Of a DNA stretch of 64,000 nt, positions 30,594-40,030 are shown one piece after another. A model generated the notes under the pieces. The model was not told where the DNA came from. It saw only the letters and a list, made by a program, of their open reading frames with translations, and did not search any database. The stretch covers positions 126,735 through 190,734 of the forward strand of contig CAVXWP010000017.1 of assembly GCA_963765495.1 (NCBI GenBank). Direction: 5' to 3'. This DNA comes from Blastocatellia bacterium. Lineage in GTDB: Bacteria; Acidobacteriota; Blastocatellia; UBA7656. The first letter of the stretch is position 1. Every line of letters starts with the position of its first letter. Position numbers and translations under genes: made by a program.

Positions 30594-30620
30594 TTAGATG
30601 CGCGCAAACAAAAAAGGTTT
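30594..30620 (-). promoter_or_regulatory. putative ECF sigma promoter of the propeller-VIT-TPR operon
   Basis: Minus strand AAAC-N16-CATCTAA about 60 bp upstream of ATG 30535, similar to the motif at 5226-5254. Confidence 0.4.
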
Positions 30621-30757
30621 GTTGAAAATAACCCGCGCTTGACAATATATCAGAGCCTAAATATAGTCAGGAATCTAAACGGGTGTGGTTCCGCATTACT
30701 ACACCCCTGGAATTATCAGTAATCTGTGCCCGTAATCCTGTTCCGGGAAAATATAGC

Positions 30758-31531
30758 TTGAATCTGCCAAACGCACTCACGCTCTCCAGAATCTTCATCG
30801 TTCCGCTTCTGGTCGTCGTACTGTTGACCAAAATCCCGAGCGACTGGTTAGGCGTGCCTCAACAACTGCTTGGCCTCACGCTGTTCATAGGAGCCTCGCT
30901 TACGGACTGGCTCGACGGTTACATTGCTCGAAAGCGGGGGCAGGTGTCAACCCTCGGCATACTGCTCGACCCCATAGCCGATAAATTATTGATCTCGGCG
31001 GCCCTCATTTCGCTTGTCGAAAACCACCTCGCGCCCGCCTGGGCAATCGTCATCATCATAGGCCGCGAGTTTGCCGTCACAGGGCTCAGGTCAATCGCCG
31101 CAACGGAAGGCTTCACGATCTCGGCGTCGAAAAAGGCCAAGTTCAAGATGCTCTCGCAGGTCATCGCGATAACGCTCCTGATACTTGGCAGCGCACCCGG
31201 CGGCCCTTCCGGGCTTCAACCGCCGCCTCGCGTCACCCCTGATGTCGCGTTTGCGTCATTCAACGAGTCCAAACAGATACTCTCTCATTTCTTTACAACC
31301 GGCTCGATCACGCTCGAAGGCTTTCAGATGCTGTGTTACGGCGCGGGCCGCGCTATGCTCTGGATCGTAGTCTTTTTCGCGCTCTGGTCTATGTACGACT
31401 ATTTCGTAAAATTCTACGGCAAGGTGCGCGACCGTATCGAAGTGCGCGAGCGTCGCCGCTTGCGAATACTGCGCCGACGGGGGAGGAAATCAACCTCGGC
31501 CCCCGTCGGAACAGGCGGACGGGGAGAGTGA
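30758..31531 (+). CDS. pgsA: CDP-diacylglycerol--glycerol-3-phosphate 3-phosphatidyltransferase
   Basis: NLPNALTLSRI, TDWLDGYIAR...G.LLDPIADK and REFAVTGLR. Start likely TTG 30758. Confidence 0.92.
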   Translation: MNLPNALTLSRIFIVPLLVVVLLTKIPSDWLGVPQQLLGLTLFIGASLTDWLDGYIARKRGQVSTLGILLDPIADKLLISAALISLVENHLAPAWAIVIIIGREFAVTGLRSIAATEGFTISASKKAKFKMLSQVIAITLLILGSAPGGPSGLQPPPRVTPDVAFASFNESKQILSHFFTTGSITLEGFQMLCYGAGRAMLWIVVFFALWSMYDYFVKFYGKVRDRIEVRERRRLRILRRRGRKSTSAPVGTGGRGE

Positions 31532-31645
31532 CGCGGCATTCGCTCTAAATCGGATTGCACAAGACTGGTACAAACAAAACTCCAAGGTGGCCTGTTCCCA
31601 CCCGCCTTTATTCAAATTCATTTCTACTCATCTCTTGCGGCAGAT

Positions 31646-33409
31646 TTATTCCCCGCCGATGAGCGAGGCTATCAGACTGTAGTTCCCGATTGCCGATCTC
31701 GTCTCTGTGTAAATCCCGTAATCGCGAAACTCGGTAAAACTCACAGAGGGCATCACGCGGTCGAGCGCCGCGCGCATGGAATCCTGATCCAGTAAGTCGC
31801 GCGAGCCGTCGGTCGTTCGGGTGAGTTTTGAGATTGCAAGCATCGTCTCGCCCACGTCTTTGACCTCCGGGCGGTAAGAGATTATCGAAGCCTTTGACGG
31901 GCGCTCCTGAAAAGCCCTGTTGAACCGCTCGTTTCCTGCTATGGAAGCCGCGCCCGTTTGCGTATCAAGAATACTCTCGATCTGCCCGGTCGTGCCGAGA
32001 ATAAGATAATTTCCCGCATAGGCGGCAGCTCGACCGTCGGGGTGTGAAGAGACGCGAATCTCGGTTCCTTTATAATTCGTCGTCGAAATCGTAAACCCGT
32101 CCTGTGTGAGATAGCGTTCGAGGGCAGGCGAAACCCAAACCTGATCGTTTACGCGCACAAGCATAGCCAGAGAATCGTCTTCTGAAAATCGCAGGAGGGA
32201 AATCTCATCGCCAATGGCGTTGCCAATCTGATCCGTCGTGTCCACGCCGAGTTGCTTGCGAAAGTTCAAGACAAACTCTCTGAGCGCCATCCCCGCTACG
32301 ATGTCAACGCGGGGCGAGAGTTGTTTCAGCACGCGGTCGGGCAAGTCACCGGCATTTTCTACACTCAGAAGCGTGAAGTCTTCCACCCCGGCGGGGATCA
32401 GCTTCAGAGAGTCGAAACTGGCCGCAGGAGCCGGTTTCAGGGGCTCGGTCAGCGCCCCGGCCATCTGCGGTTGCAGGACTGTAAGGTATTTTTCGGTCAC
32501 GCCGCCCGCTTCAAATTCGGAACTGTAGAGGAATCCGGCAGCGGCCTGTCTGGCAAGATGAGCAAAGAGGTTCGCCGTAACGCTTATAGTGTTGGCATCG
32601 GTCGTGAAGCGGCTCGCAATTATTGCGGGGCCTAACTGACTCAGTTTCTCAAACCCTGTGGCGGTCACATAAGCAAAGACCGAAGGGCGCGCGCCTACGA
32701 TGGGGCGGTTCTCGCGCAGCGTGCCGTCGTCGGCCAGCGTGGAGGTGCGATGATTGATTGCGTCGAGGCAAATCTTTGCGGCATCCGCGTGATTGCTGAT
32801 GACGACCACGCTGCCCGAAGAGGCGGCTACCATCTGGCGCTCAGGCTCGGGGCCGTGAAAGATCAACATAGGTGTGCCGAGATAATCCTGAGTCTCTTCG
32901 AGCGTAGAGTCGCCGTAAATTCTGTGGGCGAGAATCGAAGCTCTCTCTCTCACCAGCCGCGAGGCCGCCTCCGGCTCCGCGTGCGTTTCGACAACGAGCG
33001 CAAATCTCAATTTAAAATGGAGGTACGGCCCTTCATCTGTCGCGCCCGTTGCGGCCTCTATGCCTGTGAGCGCGACCGCATATTGAGCGCGGGCCGCAAC
33101 GACCGCCTCGTCGGGACCAAGACCAGTCCGGCCCATGAGATCAGCCGTAGACCCCAGTTGCCTGAGCTGGCTGGATAATCCCAAAACAGGGGCGGTCTCG
33201 CGCCAGGCTCTGGTGTCGGTGATCCCGTCGAGCAGGTCGGGCAGATTGTCTATCTCAATAAAGACGAGCGCCGTCGAGGGAATATATTTTTCCATAGCCA
33301 CGCGGGGCGGACGGCGAAGCGCAAAAAACGCGGCTATTCCCAGAATCAGTGTCAGGGCAATAACGGCTATGAGTATGTTTCTGCGAGTCAGTAAATTTTG
33401 GAACGTCAT
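31646..33409 (-). CDS. membrane-anchored hypothetical protein (DUF3352-like)
   Basis: N-terminal TM segment and two internally similar halves, each starting with an IP..... motif. Confidence 0.7.
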   Translation of the reverse strand: MTFQNLLTRRNILIAVIALTLILGIAAFFALRRPPRVAMEKYIPSTALVFIEIDNLPDLLDGITDTRAWRETAPVLGLSSQLRQLGSTADLMGRTGLGPDEAVVAARAQYAVALTGIEAATGATDEGPYLHFKLRFALVVETHAEPEAASRLVRERASILAHRIYGDSTLEETQDYLGTPMLIFHGPEPERQMVAASSGSVVVISNHADAAKICLDAINHRTSTLADDGTLRENRPIVGARPSVFAYVTATGFEKLSQLGPAIIASRFTTDANTISVTANLFAHLARQAAAGFLYSSEFEAGGVTEKYLTVLQPQMAGALTEPLKPAPAASFDSLKLIPAGVEDFTLLSVENAGDLPDRVLKQLSPRVDIVAGMALREFVLNFRKQLGVDTTDQIGNAIGDEISLLRFSEDDSLAMLVRVNDQVWVSPALERYLTQDGFTISTTNYKGTEIRVSSHPDGRAAAYAGNYLILGTTGQIESILDTQTGAASIAGNERFNRAFQERPSKASIISYRPEVKDVGETMLAISKLTRTTDGSRDLLDQDSMRAALDRVMPSVSFTEFRDYGIYTETRSAIGNYSLIASLIGGE

Positions 33410-33443
33410 TAAAATGAACTACCTGAAAAGCGCGTGGGAATTT

Positions 33444-33513
33444 TTTGACAGGATAAACAGGATTCTTTCTGGTCTTGTCTAATCCAATCTAATCCTGTTT
33501 ATCCTGTCAAAAA
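33444..33513. repeat. inverted 9-mer (ACAGGAT-based) repeat element
   Basis: ttttgacaggataaacaggatt ... aatcctgtttatcctgtcaaaa is a perfect inverted repeat; a degenerate half copy lies at ~14752-14780. Confidence 0.85.
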
Positions 33514-33527
33514 AACAAGGGACACTC

Positions 33528-34550
33528 TTACGCGTCGTCGTTTCCCTGTCTGAGCAACCCGTAGCGATAATAGCCAATCGCGTTTGAAAAGATCATGGAT
33601 TCGACCTTTTCAGCCGAAGCAAAGACCGCTTTGATTCCATCGTAAAGCATGTCGCCCGAGCCGCCCGCCACCAGCACCTTTGCCGGACGCATCGGGCGTA
33701 CGGTCATCTGTATGCGGTTGATTATTTCGGGCAGATGTTTCTCCATCACCTGTTTGCGCATCTCTTCCAGATCGACCGATTCGCCTGTCGGCGTGATGTA
33801 GGGCGTGCGACTGCGAATGTAGGATTCGATGGTCGAACGCTCGAGGTAATCGTCGTAGCGAGCGTCAATCTCGCGCTGCAAATCGTGGTATACGGCGTCG
33901 AGCGAAGAGGGAATGGATTTCGAATAGGTGTTTATGTAGCGACCATCGGCGGCGACTATGTCTATGGTCTTCTCGCCCCCGTCAATGACGGCCGTTGCGA
34001 CTATGCGATCAGGGATTTTCTGGCCTTCACGGTCTAGCGCATAGCTCAGATAAGAGCCGTACCCCTGCGGCAAGGTCAGGATGTTGTCGAGCGAGAACTG
34101 AACCGTCTCGGTCACTTTGCCGCTGATGTTATAGAGCTTGACCGTGTGCTTGCCCGTGAGTTTGTCTGTCAACACCTGTTTCTGCGTGGAATAGAAATTC
34201 ACGGGAAGCCCCACGACAAGCATATCGGGCGCGGGCGCTTGCTTCTCCTGCATGAAGCGGGCGATCCCGGCAAGCGTCAAAGCCGGGTTGTAATGCTTGG
34301 TGAACATATCGCGATCCGCCGAGGTCTCGCCGCCGCGATTGAGCCTGATAGCAGTCTCGCCGTAGTTGCGGACCTTGCCCGGATAGAGGCTCAACTCGGC
34401 AATGAAATTATCTTCGGCGGTGCCGAGAAAATCCTCGCCGAACTCGGACGGTCCGATTACGGATGGGAATATCAGAGTCTTTCGACTGCCGTTGAGCTCC
34501 GAGTATATTTTTGTAGCCGAATAGCCTGTATCAACCGCAAGTACATTCAT
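33528..34550 (-). CDS. ParM/StbA-family actin-like ATPase
   Basis: Phosphate-1 VDTGYSATK, VVGLPV, connect-1 PQG, phosphate-2 IDGGEKTID, adenosine AGGSG and NAIGY motifs. Confidence 0.9.
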   Translation of the reverse strand: MNVLAVDTGYSATKIYSELNGSRKTLIFPSVIGPSEFGEDFLGTAEDNFIAELSLYPGKVRNYGETAIRLNRGGETSADRDMFTKHYNPALTLAGIARFMQEKQAPAPDMLVVGLPVNFYSTQKQVLTDKLTGKHTVKLYNISGKVTETVQFSLDNILTLPQGYGSYLSYALDREGQKIPDRIVATAVIDGGEKTIDIVAADGRYINTYSKSIPSSLDAVYHDLQREIDARYDDYLERSTIESYIRSRTPYITPTGESVDLEEMRKQVMEKHLPEIINRIQMTVRPMRPAKVLVAGGSGDMLYDGIKAVFASAEKVESMIFSNAIGYYRYGLLRQGNDDA

Positions 34551-34557
34551 AAAATCG

Positions 34558-34716
34558 AATTCTCAGGGGTCGCAAATCCCGACCCTGACGGACGCCTCCA
34601 TCGCCCAGATTCCAGCATTCACCGACCGGCTCTCAACCGGCCGAACGTGTAGAAAAGCCTTACAGCGCGCGGAAGTTTCAAGCCACGAAACACCGCTCAA
34701 GCAATCGGGGATTCAG
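34558..34716 (-). ncRNA. structured leader / candidate ncRNA upstream of the actin gene
   Basis: 5' GAAUCCCCGA pairs with 3' UCGGGAUUU, continuing as a long G.U-rich stem with an internal hairpin CGGCCGGU-UGAGA-GCCGGUCG. It begins just after a TATAAT box. Confidence 0.5.
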
Positions 34717-34720
34717 GCAG

Positions 34721-34749
34721 ATTATACGTGACTCGCGCCCGTGTGGTAA
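34721..34749 (-). promoter_or_regulatory. sigma70-type promoter
   Basis: TTACCA-N17-TATAAT on the minus strand. Confidence 0.6.
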
Positions 34750-34767
34750 GCGCAAAAATACAGTTTC

Positions 34768-34870
34768 GTGATGCGTGATGCGCGATACGTGACCTGGAAG
34801 AGAGATTTCTATTAACAGTGAATTCCAAATTTTACGAATTACGAATTACGCATCACGCATCACGTATTCA
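34768..34870. repeat. inverted heptamer (GCGTGAT/ATCACGC) repeat element
   Basis: cgtgatgcgtgatgcgcgatacgtga ... ttacgaattacgcatcacgcatcacgtattca; same family as 47016-47106 and 52263-52350. Confidence 0.8.
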
Positions 34871-36211
34871 ATAAAGCGCACGCAAATCGGCGTTACGGAA
34901 ATAATGAGCCAGTATCTCTTCGTGCGAGCGCCCGTGGTCGGCCATAACGGCAGCGCCTATCTGACACAACCCTACGCCGTGCCCCCATCCTGCGCCAAGC
35001 AGTCGAAACCGCACAGGGCTACCCGTCGCCGGATCAATCTCTGCTCGGACGACGAAAGCCGAACTGTAAAGATGAGACCGCGAAAGCGCCCGGCGTATCT
35101 CAAGCTCCTTGCCTATGATCAGGCTTCTGCGCTCGCCCGTGATGCGGAGCCGAATTATGCGCCCCGACTCGCCGCGCTCAAGTGCTTCAAGAGCCCTGAC
35201 CTGCCCGATGTCTATGCCGAGCCGTAAGCGGATAAGATCGCTCAACTCTTCCTGAGAATAGATGACTTCCCACCTGTAAAAATCCCGCGTCTCCTGATCG
35301 AAACCGGGCAGTATGCGCGCAAGCAATTCGGGCGAGCGCGTATCGCAATAGGCGGGAGGCAAAGAGGTGATCCAACTTTCGGCGTTGGCTTCAACCGTGA
35401 GCGGCAGCGCGTACCCCTCGGGCTCCTCCGCTCCGTCATAGACCGCCGCAAGATAAGTAACCTCCTTCTCTTCCCATGCCGCGCGATAGACTTCCGTCAT
35501 CCCGCCGCAGCTTTTCGAATACCGCGCATCGCAAATCTCTTCGCCGCTCACAAGCACCTTTCCTCGCGTGGCCTCTATCGCCTGAAAGACTTCCGGCGAG
35601 AATGCCTTTGTGATTCCCTGATACCTCTGGCAGTGATCGTCCGCGCACACGTCGAATTGCGTATGACTTTCACGGTCATACCATCTGATGATCTCTTCAT
35701 CGCCCACGTCAGGGTTTGATTTTGCCCCGTTCGGCGCGTTTTTTTTATCGAGTTGAGCAAGCAACCAGCTACGCGAAACGATTGCATGAGCGCGAAGGAG
35801 CGCGGGCGGGCACGACGCGCTCATCTCGGAAGAGATCACGCTGGTCAGATAAGACTCAATCGGAAGCTCATTGATCGCAAGCAACCCGCTCTCGTTTTGC
35901 GTAAGCTCGAGCGCCCCCTGAAAGCTCTGAGACTCGTTTCGTTCCCAGTGAAAATCTATGCCGATCACTACATCGAGCAGAGTGAAGCGGCAGGCGTCAA
36001 AATCCGTCGGCGTAAGCCTGAGCGTTTGTGATTCCAGGGTCGCGAGCCCTTCCAGCCGCACCCCTTCGTCTGTGATCGAGGCCGTGTAATCGCCTTCGGG
36101 CAGAGGCTCGCCGACAGAGGTTTCAAAGCCGCCCGTAAGCGTGAGACGCACTCTGTTTGCGTTGCTGATCAAGCCTACTTTGATCAAAGGTTCGGTTCGA
36201 TTCCCAACCAC
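34868..36211 (-). CDS. SpoIID/LytB domain protein (lytic transglycosylase-like)
   Basis: INELPIESYLTSVISSEMS, AHAIVSRSW, FDVCADDHCQRYQG, YSKSCGG and GWGHGVGLCQIGA motifs. Confidence 0.92.
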   Translation of the reverse strand: MVGNRTEPLIKVGLISNANRVRLTLTGGFETSVGEPLPEGDYTASITDEGVRLEGLATLESQTLRLTPTDFDACRFTLLDVVIGIDFHWERNESQSFQGALELTQNESGLLAINELPIESYLTSVISSEMSASCPPALLRAHAIVSRSWLLAQLDKKNAPNGAKSNPDVGDEEIIRWYDRESHTQFDVCADDHCQRYQGITKAFSPEVFQAIEATRGKVLVSGEEICDARYSKSCGGMTEVYRAAWEEKEVTYLAAVYDGAEEPEGYALPLTVEANAESWITSLPPAYCDTRSPELLARILPGFDQETRDFYRWEVIYSQEELSDLIRLRLGIDIGQVRALEALERGESGRIIRLRITGERRSLIIGKELEIRRALSRSHLYSSAFVVRAEIDPATGSPVRFRLLGAGWGHGVGLCQIGAAVMADHGRSHEEILAHYFRNADLRALY

Positions 36212-37246
36212 TCAAATCCCTCCACGCTCGATTGCCTGACGCACCAGATCGTCGTCGAGGCTCACTTCGGAAAATATCTGCTTCATTGTTTCGGAATCAA
36301 CCCGCTTGAAATCCCTGCTGTCAGGCACGACTATCACACCGGCCATATCAATTGCGCCCGGGCTTACGGTCAAACGCTCATCGCCTTCGGCAAAAAAACG
36401 AGCCGGGCGATGGCGCGCTCGCGGAAACATATAGGCCGTCCATCGCCCTTCCAGGCGCGTGAGGATGAGATTTATCATCGGCTCGATTTTCCCCGTAAGT
36501 TTCGAGAGCACGCTAATCGTGTCGTAGATTTTTCCGGCAACCCTGTCTCTGTCTGCCCCGAGAAAGACGATCACGCTGCGCCCGCAATCCGGCAGCAGAA
36601 ATACTTCGACCCGGTCGCCTGTTGATTGCGCTGTTGATTGCGCTGTTGATTGCGCCCGCGTCGTTTCGGCGTCGAATCTTTTGAGGTCCGATTCGACGGG
36701 CAGCACGGCGCGCGAGCAAGCCTGAAAGTGAAGGTGATCGGGAGCCGAAGCGCCGCATTCCGGCCCGTTGTAGAGGACGAAATAATCGGGCGCAAGTTCG
36801 CCCGCAAGATCGAGCAGCACCTCGACATTTCCCGCGATCTGTTGCGGGATGTGATCGCGGTGAATGATTGAAAGATGATTTTCCAGCACCGGAAAAGGAT
36901 TGCACATGATGACAAAGCGGTCGTCGTAAGCGACGCCCTTCTCTTCTTCTGGCAGATTCTCAGGGCACAGAAAACAGGGCCTCGCTCCAACCGATTCTTT
37001 ATCCACGCGGGCAGCCGTGCTGCGGATTCGATTGGGGTTGTGCTGAACGATCAGGTTTGACCTGTCCACTCGCATGGGTTTTGTCTCTACTCGTTTTAGC
37101 CCCTCGTAGTTTTCCCTGAGCAGAGGCCAGCCGACCTTTTGCTGCTCGATGAGCGCAAGAGTTTGCGCGCGCAGCCCCGACTCAGCCGAGACCTTGAGGT
37201 ATGGAGCCAGTTCTTTGGCGGTGATGATTCGCCTCTTCCAGTTCAC
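36212..37246 (-). CDS. DUF4922 family HIT-like nucleotidyltransferase/phosphorylase (GDP-glucose phosphorylase/Ap4A phosphorylase-like)
   Basis: NPNRIRST, RPCFLC..NLP, NPFP, YNGPECGASAPDHLHFQ and VSPGAIDMAG motifs. Confidence 0.88.
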   Translation of the reverse strand: MNWKRRIITAKELAPYLKVSAESGLRAQTLALIEQQKVGWPLLRENYEGLKRVETKPMRVDRSNLIVQHNPNRIRSTAARVDKESVGARPCFLCPENLPEEEKGVAYDDRFVIMCNPFPVLENHLSIIHRDHIPQQIAGNVEVLLDLAGELAPDYFVLYNGPECGASAPDHLHFQACSRAVLPVESDLKRFDAETTRAQSTAQSTAQSTGDRVEVFLLPDCGRSVIVFLGADRDRVAGKIYDTISVLSKLTGKIEPMINLILTRLEGRWTAYMFPRARHRPARFFAEGDERLTVSPGAIDMAGVIVVPDSRDFKRVDSETMKQIFSEVSLDDDLVRQAIERGGI

Positions 37247-38715
37247 TGCCCGTTTATCCTCTTCCTTGCCAGTATCTCAGCCGTTCGCAGGAAATCTTTA
37301 TAAGCGTCGTAGCGGTTCGCCACGGCAAGCGGGAGAGCCGCGTCGGAGTTGCCTTCCCAACGCCGCGCAAAATAGATCGACTCATAGATGCGGCCTATCT
37401 CGAAGTGACGGCTGAGCCTGAGCGCCACGGCGTAGTCTTCGCCGTAGCTTGTGTTCGGGAAACCCACCTGCCTGAGCGCAGGGACATAAAAGGCTCGGGG
37501 CGCTCCAAGCCCGTTTATGCGGAGCGCGTTGTTACGCCCGTTTTCGCGCGTCCACTCCCGATGGTCGATCAGCCCCGGCGGTATCTCTTGAAGCTCGAAA
37601 TTGACTATCGTGTAAGAGCCTATGACCATCGCATAGGGACCATCGCCAAATTTCGCGACAATGCGCTCAAGCGCGGTTTCATCCGCGTAGAGATCATCGG
37701 AATCCAACTGCACGGCATACTCGCCGCAATAGGAAGAAAAGACGGCTTCGTTCCAGCAGCCTCCTATCCCGAGGTCGGTTCGATCCGGGCGGATGTGAAT
37801 CAAGTTATCGTGCTCGCGGGCAAGATTCGAAAGTATCTCGGTGGTCCGGTCGGTCGAATGGTTGTCTATAACGAGCACGTTGAAGTCGAAAGAGGTCTGT
37901 TGCGACAGCGCGCTTGTGACCGCTTCGCCGATTGTGCGCTCCCGATTGCGGACAGGGATGATTATGCTTGCGCGGACATCGAAATGCTGCGCGGCTTCGG
38001 GCAGGTTTTCGAAATCGGGAGCGAGATAAGCGCCTGTCTGTTTGAGATGCGAGGTAGCGATCTCTTCCATCTCGCGCTGATAATCGCGCCGCCCGGGGTC
38101 AACATAATCGAACTGGCGCTCGCCCGTTCGGCGGAGGTCAAATGGCGTACGGGTGTATAGCGGTTCGGGCAGGCGAAGGATGTCAAAATCAATCGAAAGC
38201 TTTAATCTCAGTTCGAAAAGCGCAGCCTGAAATGACCGCTCGCTCAAGGGGCCGTGGCTTGAAAGCGCCCTCTCACACGCCCGCTTTGAAAGCAGAATCA
38301 TCCCTCCGAAATCAAAGCTGTCGCGGATGCTGCCGGGGGTGTAATCAATCAGGGGGTGGTCGCGGGTTTCGCCTTCGAGCGCATCCTTGAAATCCGAATA
38401 GATCAGCCCCGCGCCCGTATCTTCGGCGACCGCAAGCAGGCGGTCGAGCGCTCGCTCGCCGACACATATTTGCTCGGCCGGCAGAATCACGAGCAAGTAT
38501 TGCGCCTCGATAGAGTCAAGAATCTGCCGGAGATCGCAGGGGGAAGCCCGGAGGCGAGTCTTTGCGCGGGTCTCAGGCGATAGAGTTGAAACCGAAGCGC
38601 CGCTCTCGCTAATTGCGATGATGGAGGCGACAGCAGGATTTTGACCAAGCGTTTCGATAAACTGCCGGGAGAGCGCATCGTCTGTGTAAGTGAATACGGC
38701 GGCCAGTTTTCCCAT
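37243..38715 (-). CDS. glycosyltransferase family 2 protein
   Basis: SIIIPVRNRERTI, IDNHSTD, QLDSDD, YGEDYA and RRWEGNSDA. Start set at ATG 38715. Confidence 0.9.
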   Translation of the reverse strand: MGKLAAVFTYTDDALSRQFIETLGQNPAVASIIAISESGASVSTLSPETRAKTRLRASPCDLRQILDSIEAQYLLVILPAEQICVGERALDRLLAVAEDTGAGLIYSDFKDALEGETRDHPLIDYTPGSIRDSFDFGGMILLSKRACERALSSHGPLSERSFQAALFELRLKLSIDFDILRLPEPLYTRTPFDLRRTGERQFDYVDPGRRDYQREMEEIATSHLKQTGAYLAPDFENLPEAAQHFDVRASIIIPVRNRERTIGEAVTSALSQQTSFDFNVLVIDNHSTDRTTEILSNLAREHDNLIHIRPDRTDLGIGGCWNEAVFSSYCGEYAVQLDSDDLYADETALERIVAKFGDGPYAMVIGSYTIVNFELQEIPPGLIDHREWTRENGRNNALRINGLGAPRAFYVPALRQVGFPNTSYGEDYAVALRLSRHFEIGRIYESIYFARRWEGNSDAALPLAVANRYDAYKDFLRTAEILARKRINGQ

Positions 38716-38847
38716 AATATTTGAGCGCATTGTTCGGGTCATGTGAATTAAAGCCTGATCCGAGCAGATGTGTAAAGAAGCTTTCGCCCTTTTCAAATCT
38801 CAAAGTTGAGATTTGAAATCTGTATCTGTTCAGAAAGGGGAGAAATG

Positions 38848-38914
38848 TGCCACAGAGCCACAAAGACACAGAGATTCTTAAAATCTTTTCTCTGTGCCTT
38901 TGTGGCTTTGTGGC
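38848..38914. repeat. inverted 8-mer (CACAGAG) repeat element
   Basis: gccacagagccacaaagacacagaga ... tctctgtgcctttgtggctttgtggc. Confidence 0.85.
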
Positions 38915-39010
38915 CATTTTGAACGCTTACTGAAATCCCAACTGCTTGTCGGCGGGCCGGGGTCTCGGCTATCATTTTGGGTTCTAAAATTCACTTGTAA
39001 GGAGACAGAC

Positions 39011-39475
39011 GTGGAAAGGACTTTAGTACTGATAAAACCCGACGCGATCAATCGGGGACTCGTGGGCCGGATTATGAGCCGGTTTGAAGAGAAGGGATTG
39101 AAGATGGTCGGGATAAAATTCATGAAGCTTACCGACGAGCTTTTAAATGAACACTACAGCCATCTGCTCGACAAACCGTTTTTTGGAGGCACGAAAGCCT
39201 TCATGCAATCGACTCCGGTCGTGGCCATCTGCTGGGAGGGTCTGGATGTGGTTGAGACGGTCCGCCGCCTGTGCGGCATAACGAAAGCGCGCGAGGCAGC
39301 GCCCGGAACGATTCGCGGCGATCTGGCCATGAGCGTGCAGGCAAACCTTGTGCATGCATCGGATTCGCTCGAAACGGCTCAAGCCGAAGTAAAACGGTTC
39401 TTTGGTGATTCCGAACTCTTAGATTACAACTCGGCGCTCGCAAGCTCTGTCTATTCAGAAGATGAATTAGGATAG
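39011..39475 (+). CDS. ndk: nucleoside diphosphate kinase
   Basis: ERTLVLIKPDA, APGTIRGD and NLVHASDS; GTG start after AAGGAG. Confidence 0.96.
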   Translation: MERTLVLIKPDAINRGLVGRIMSRFEEKGLKMVGIKFMKLTDELLNEHYSHLLDKPFFGGTKAFMQSTPVVAICWEGLDVVETVRRLCGITKAREAAPGTIRGDLAMSVQANLVHASDSLETAQAEVKRFFGDSELLDYNSALASSVYSEDELG

Positions 39476-40030
39476 ACACACGCCCCCCGACTGACTGATG
39501 AAAAGCTTTCCGTACTGAGCGATTCTGCGGTTTTGCGAGCAATTAATTCTCGCAAAGCCGCAGAGTACGCAAGGTACGCAAAGAATCTTCTGAGAATAAT
39601 ATGGCCCTGATAGATCGCCCATTCAAGTTTTTGGATACCATTCATGACGCTTGACTCACCTGCCTGGGAAGTGTAATGTAGCCCCATCCCTTAGTTATAG
39701 TTGATGTTTATCCTGTGACGGATTGTGACCAAGGTCTAAGGAGTGCATACCAAAGCGGGCAAAAGATTCGCGCAATCAACGGACCTGGAGTTCCAATTGA
39801 CAAAGTGCCCCTAGTTGGGCGCGGCGAGGCTTATCGCCCTCACACGCAAGGGCGACGCTCTTGAGTCATACGCCAGAACCTGCAAGCATTTAATCCCTGT
39901 TTGGCAGTCTCTGCCTGTCGTTCGAGGTGCCGGAATTCTCTACGGGGCCGAACGCGGGAGGACATTCATGGTATCGAAGCTCCGCCTTACATACTTGTGA
40001 ACTTTGCCATAAAAATCGAAGGAGGATAGT

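Noticed and set aside
33528-34550. Plasmid or prophage origin of the window based on ParM
   Set aside because: Surrounded by housekeeping genes (pgsA, ndk, trpE); no rep, parR, phage or conjugation genes.
34558-34716. Firm call as c-di-AMP (ydaO) riboswitch or 6S RNA
   Set aside because: Only partial motif matches (no CUAACC or GGGGA elements, no clear 6S central bubble); kept as an unclassified structured RNA.
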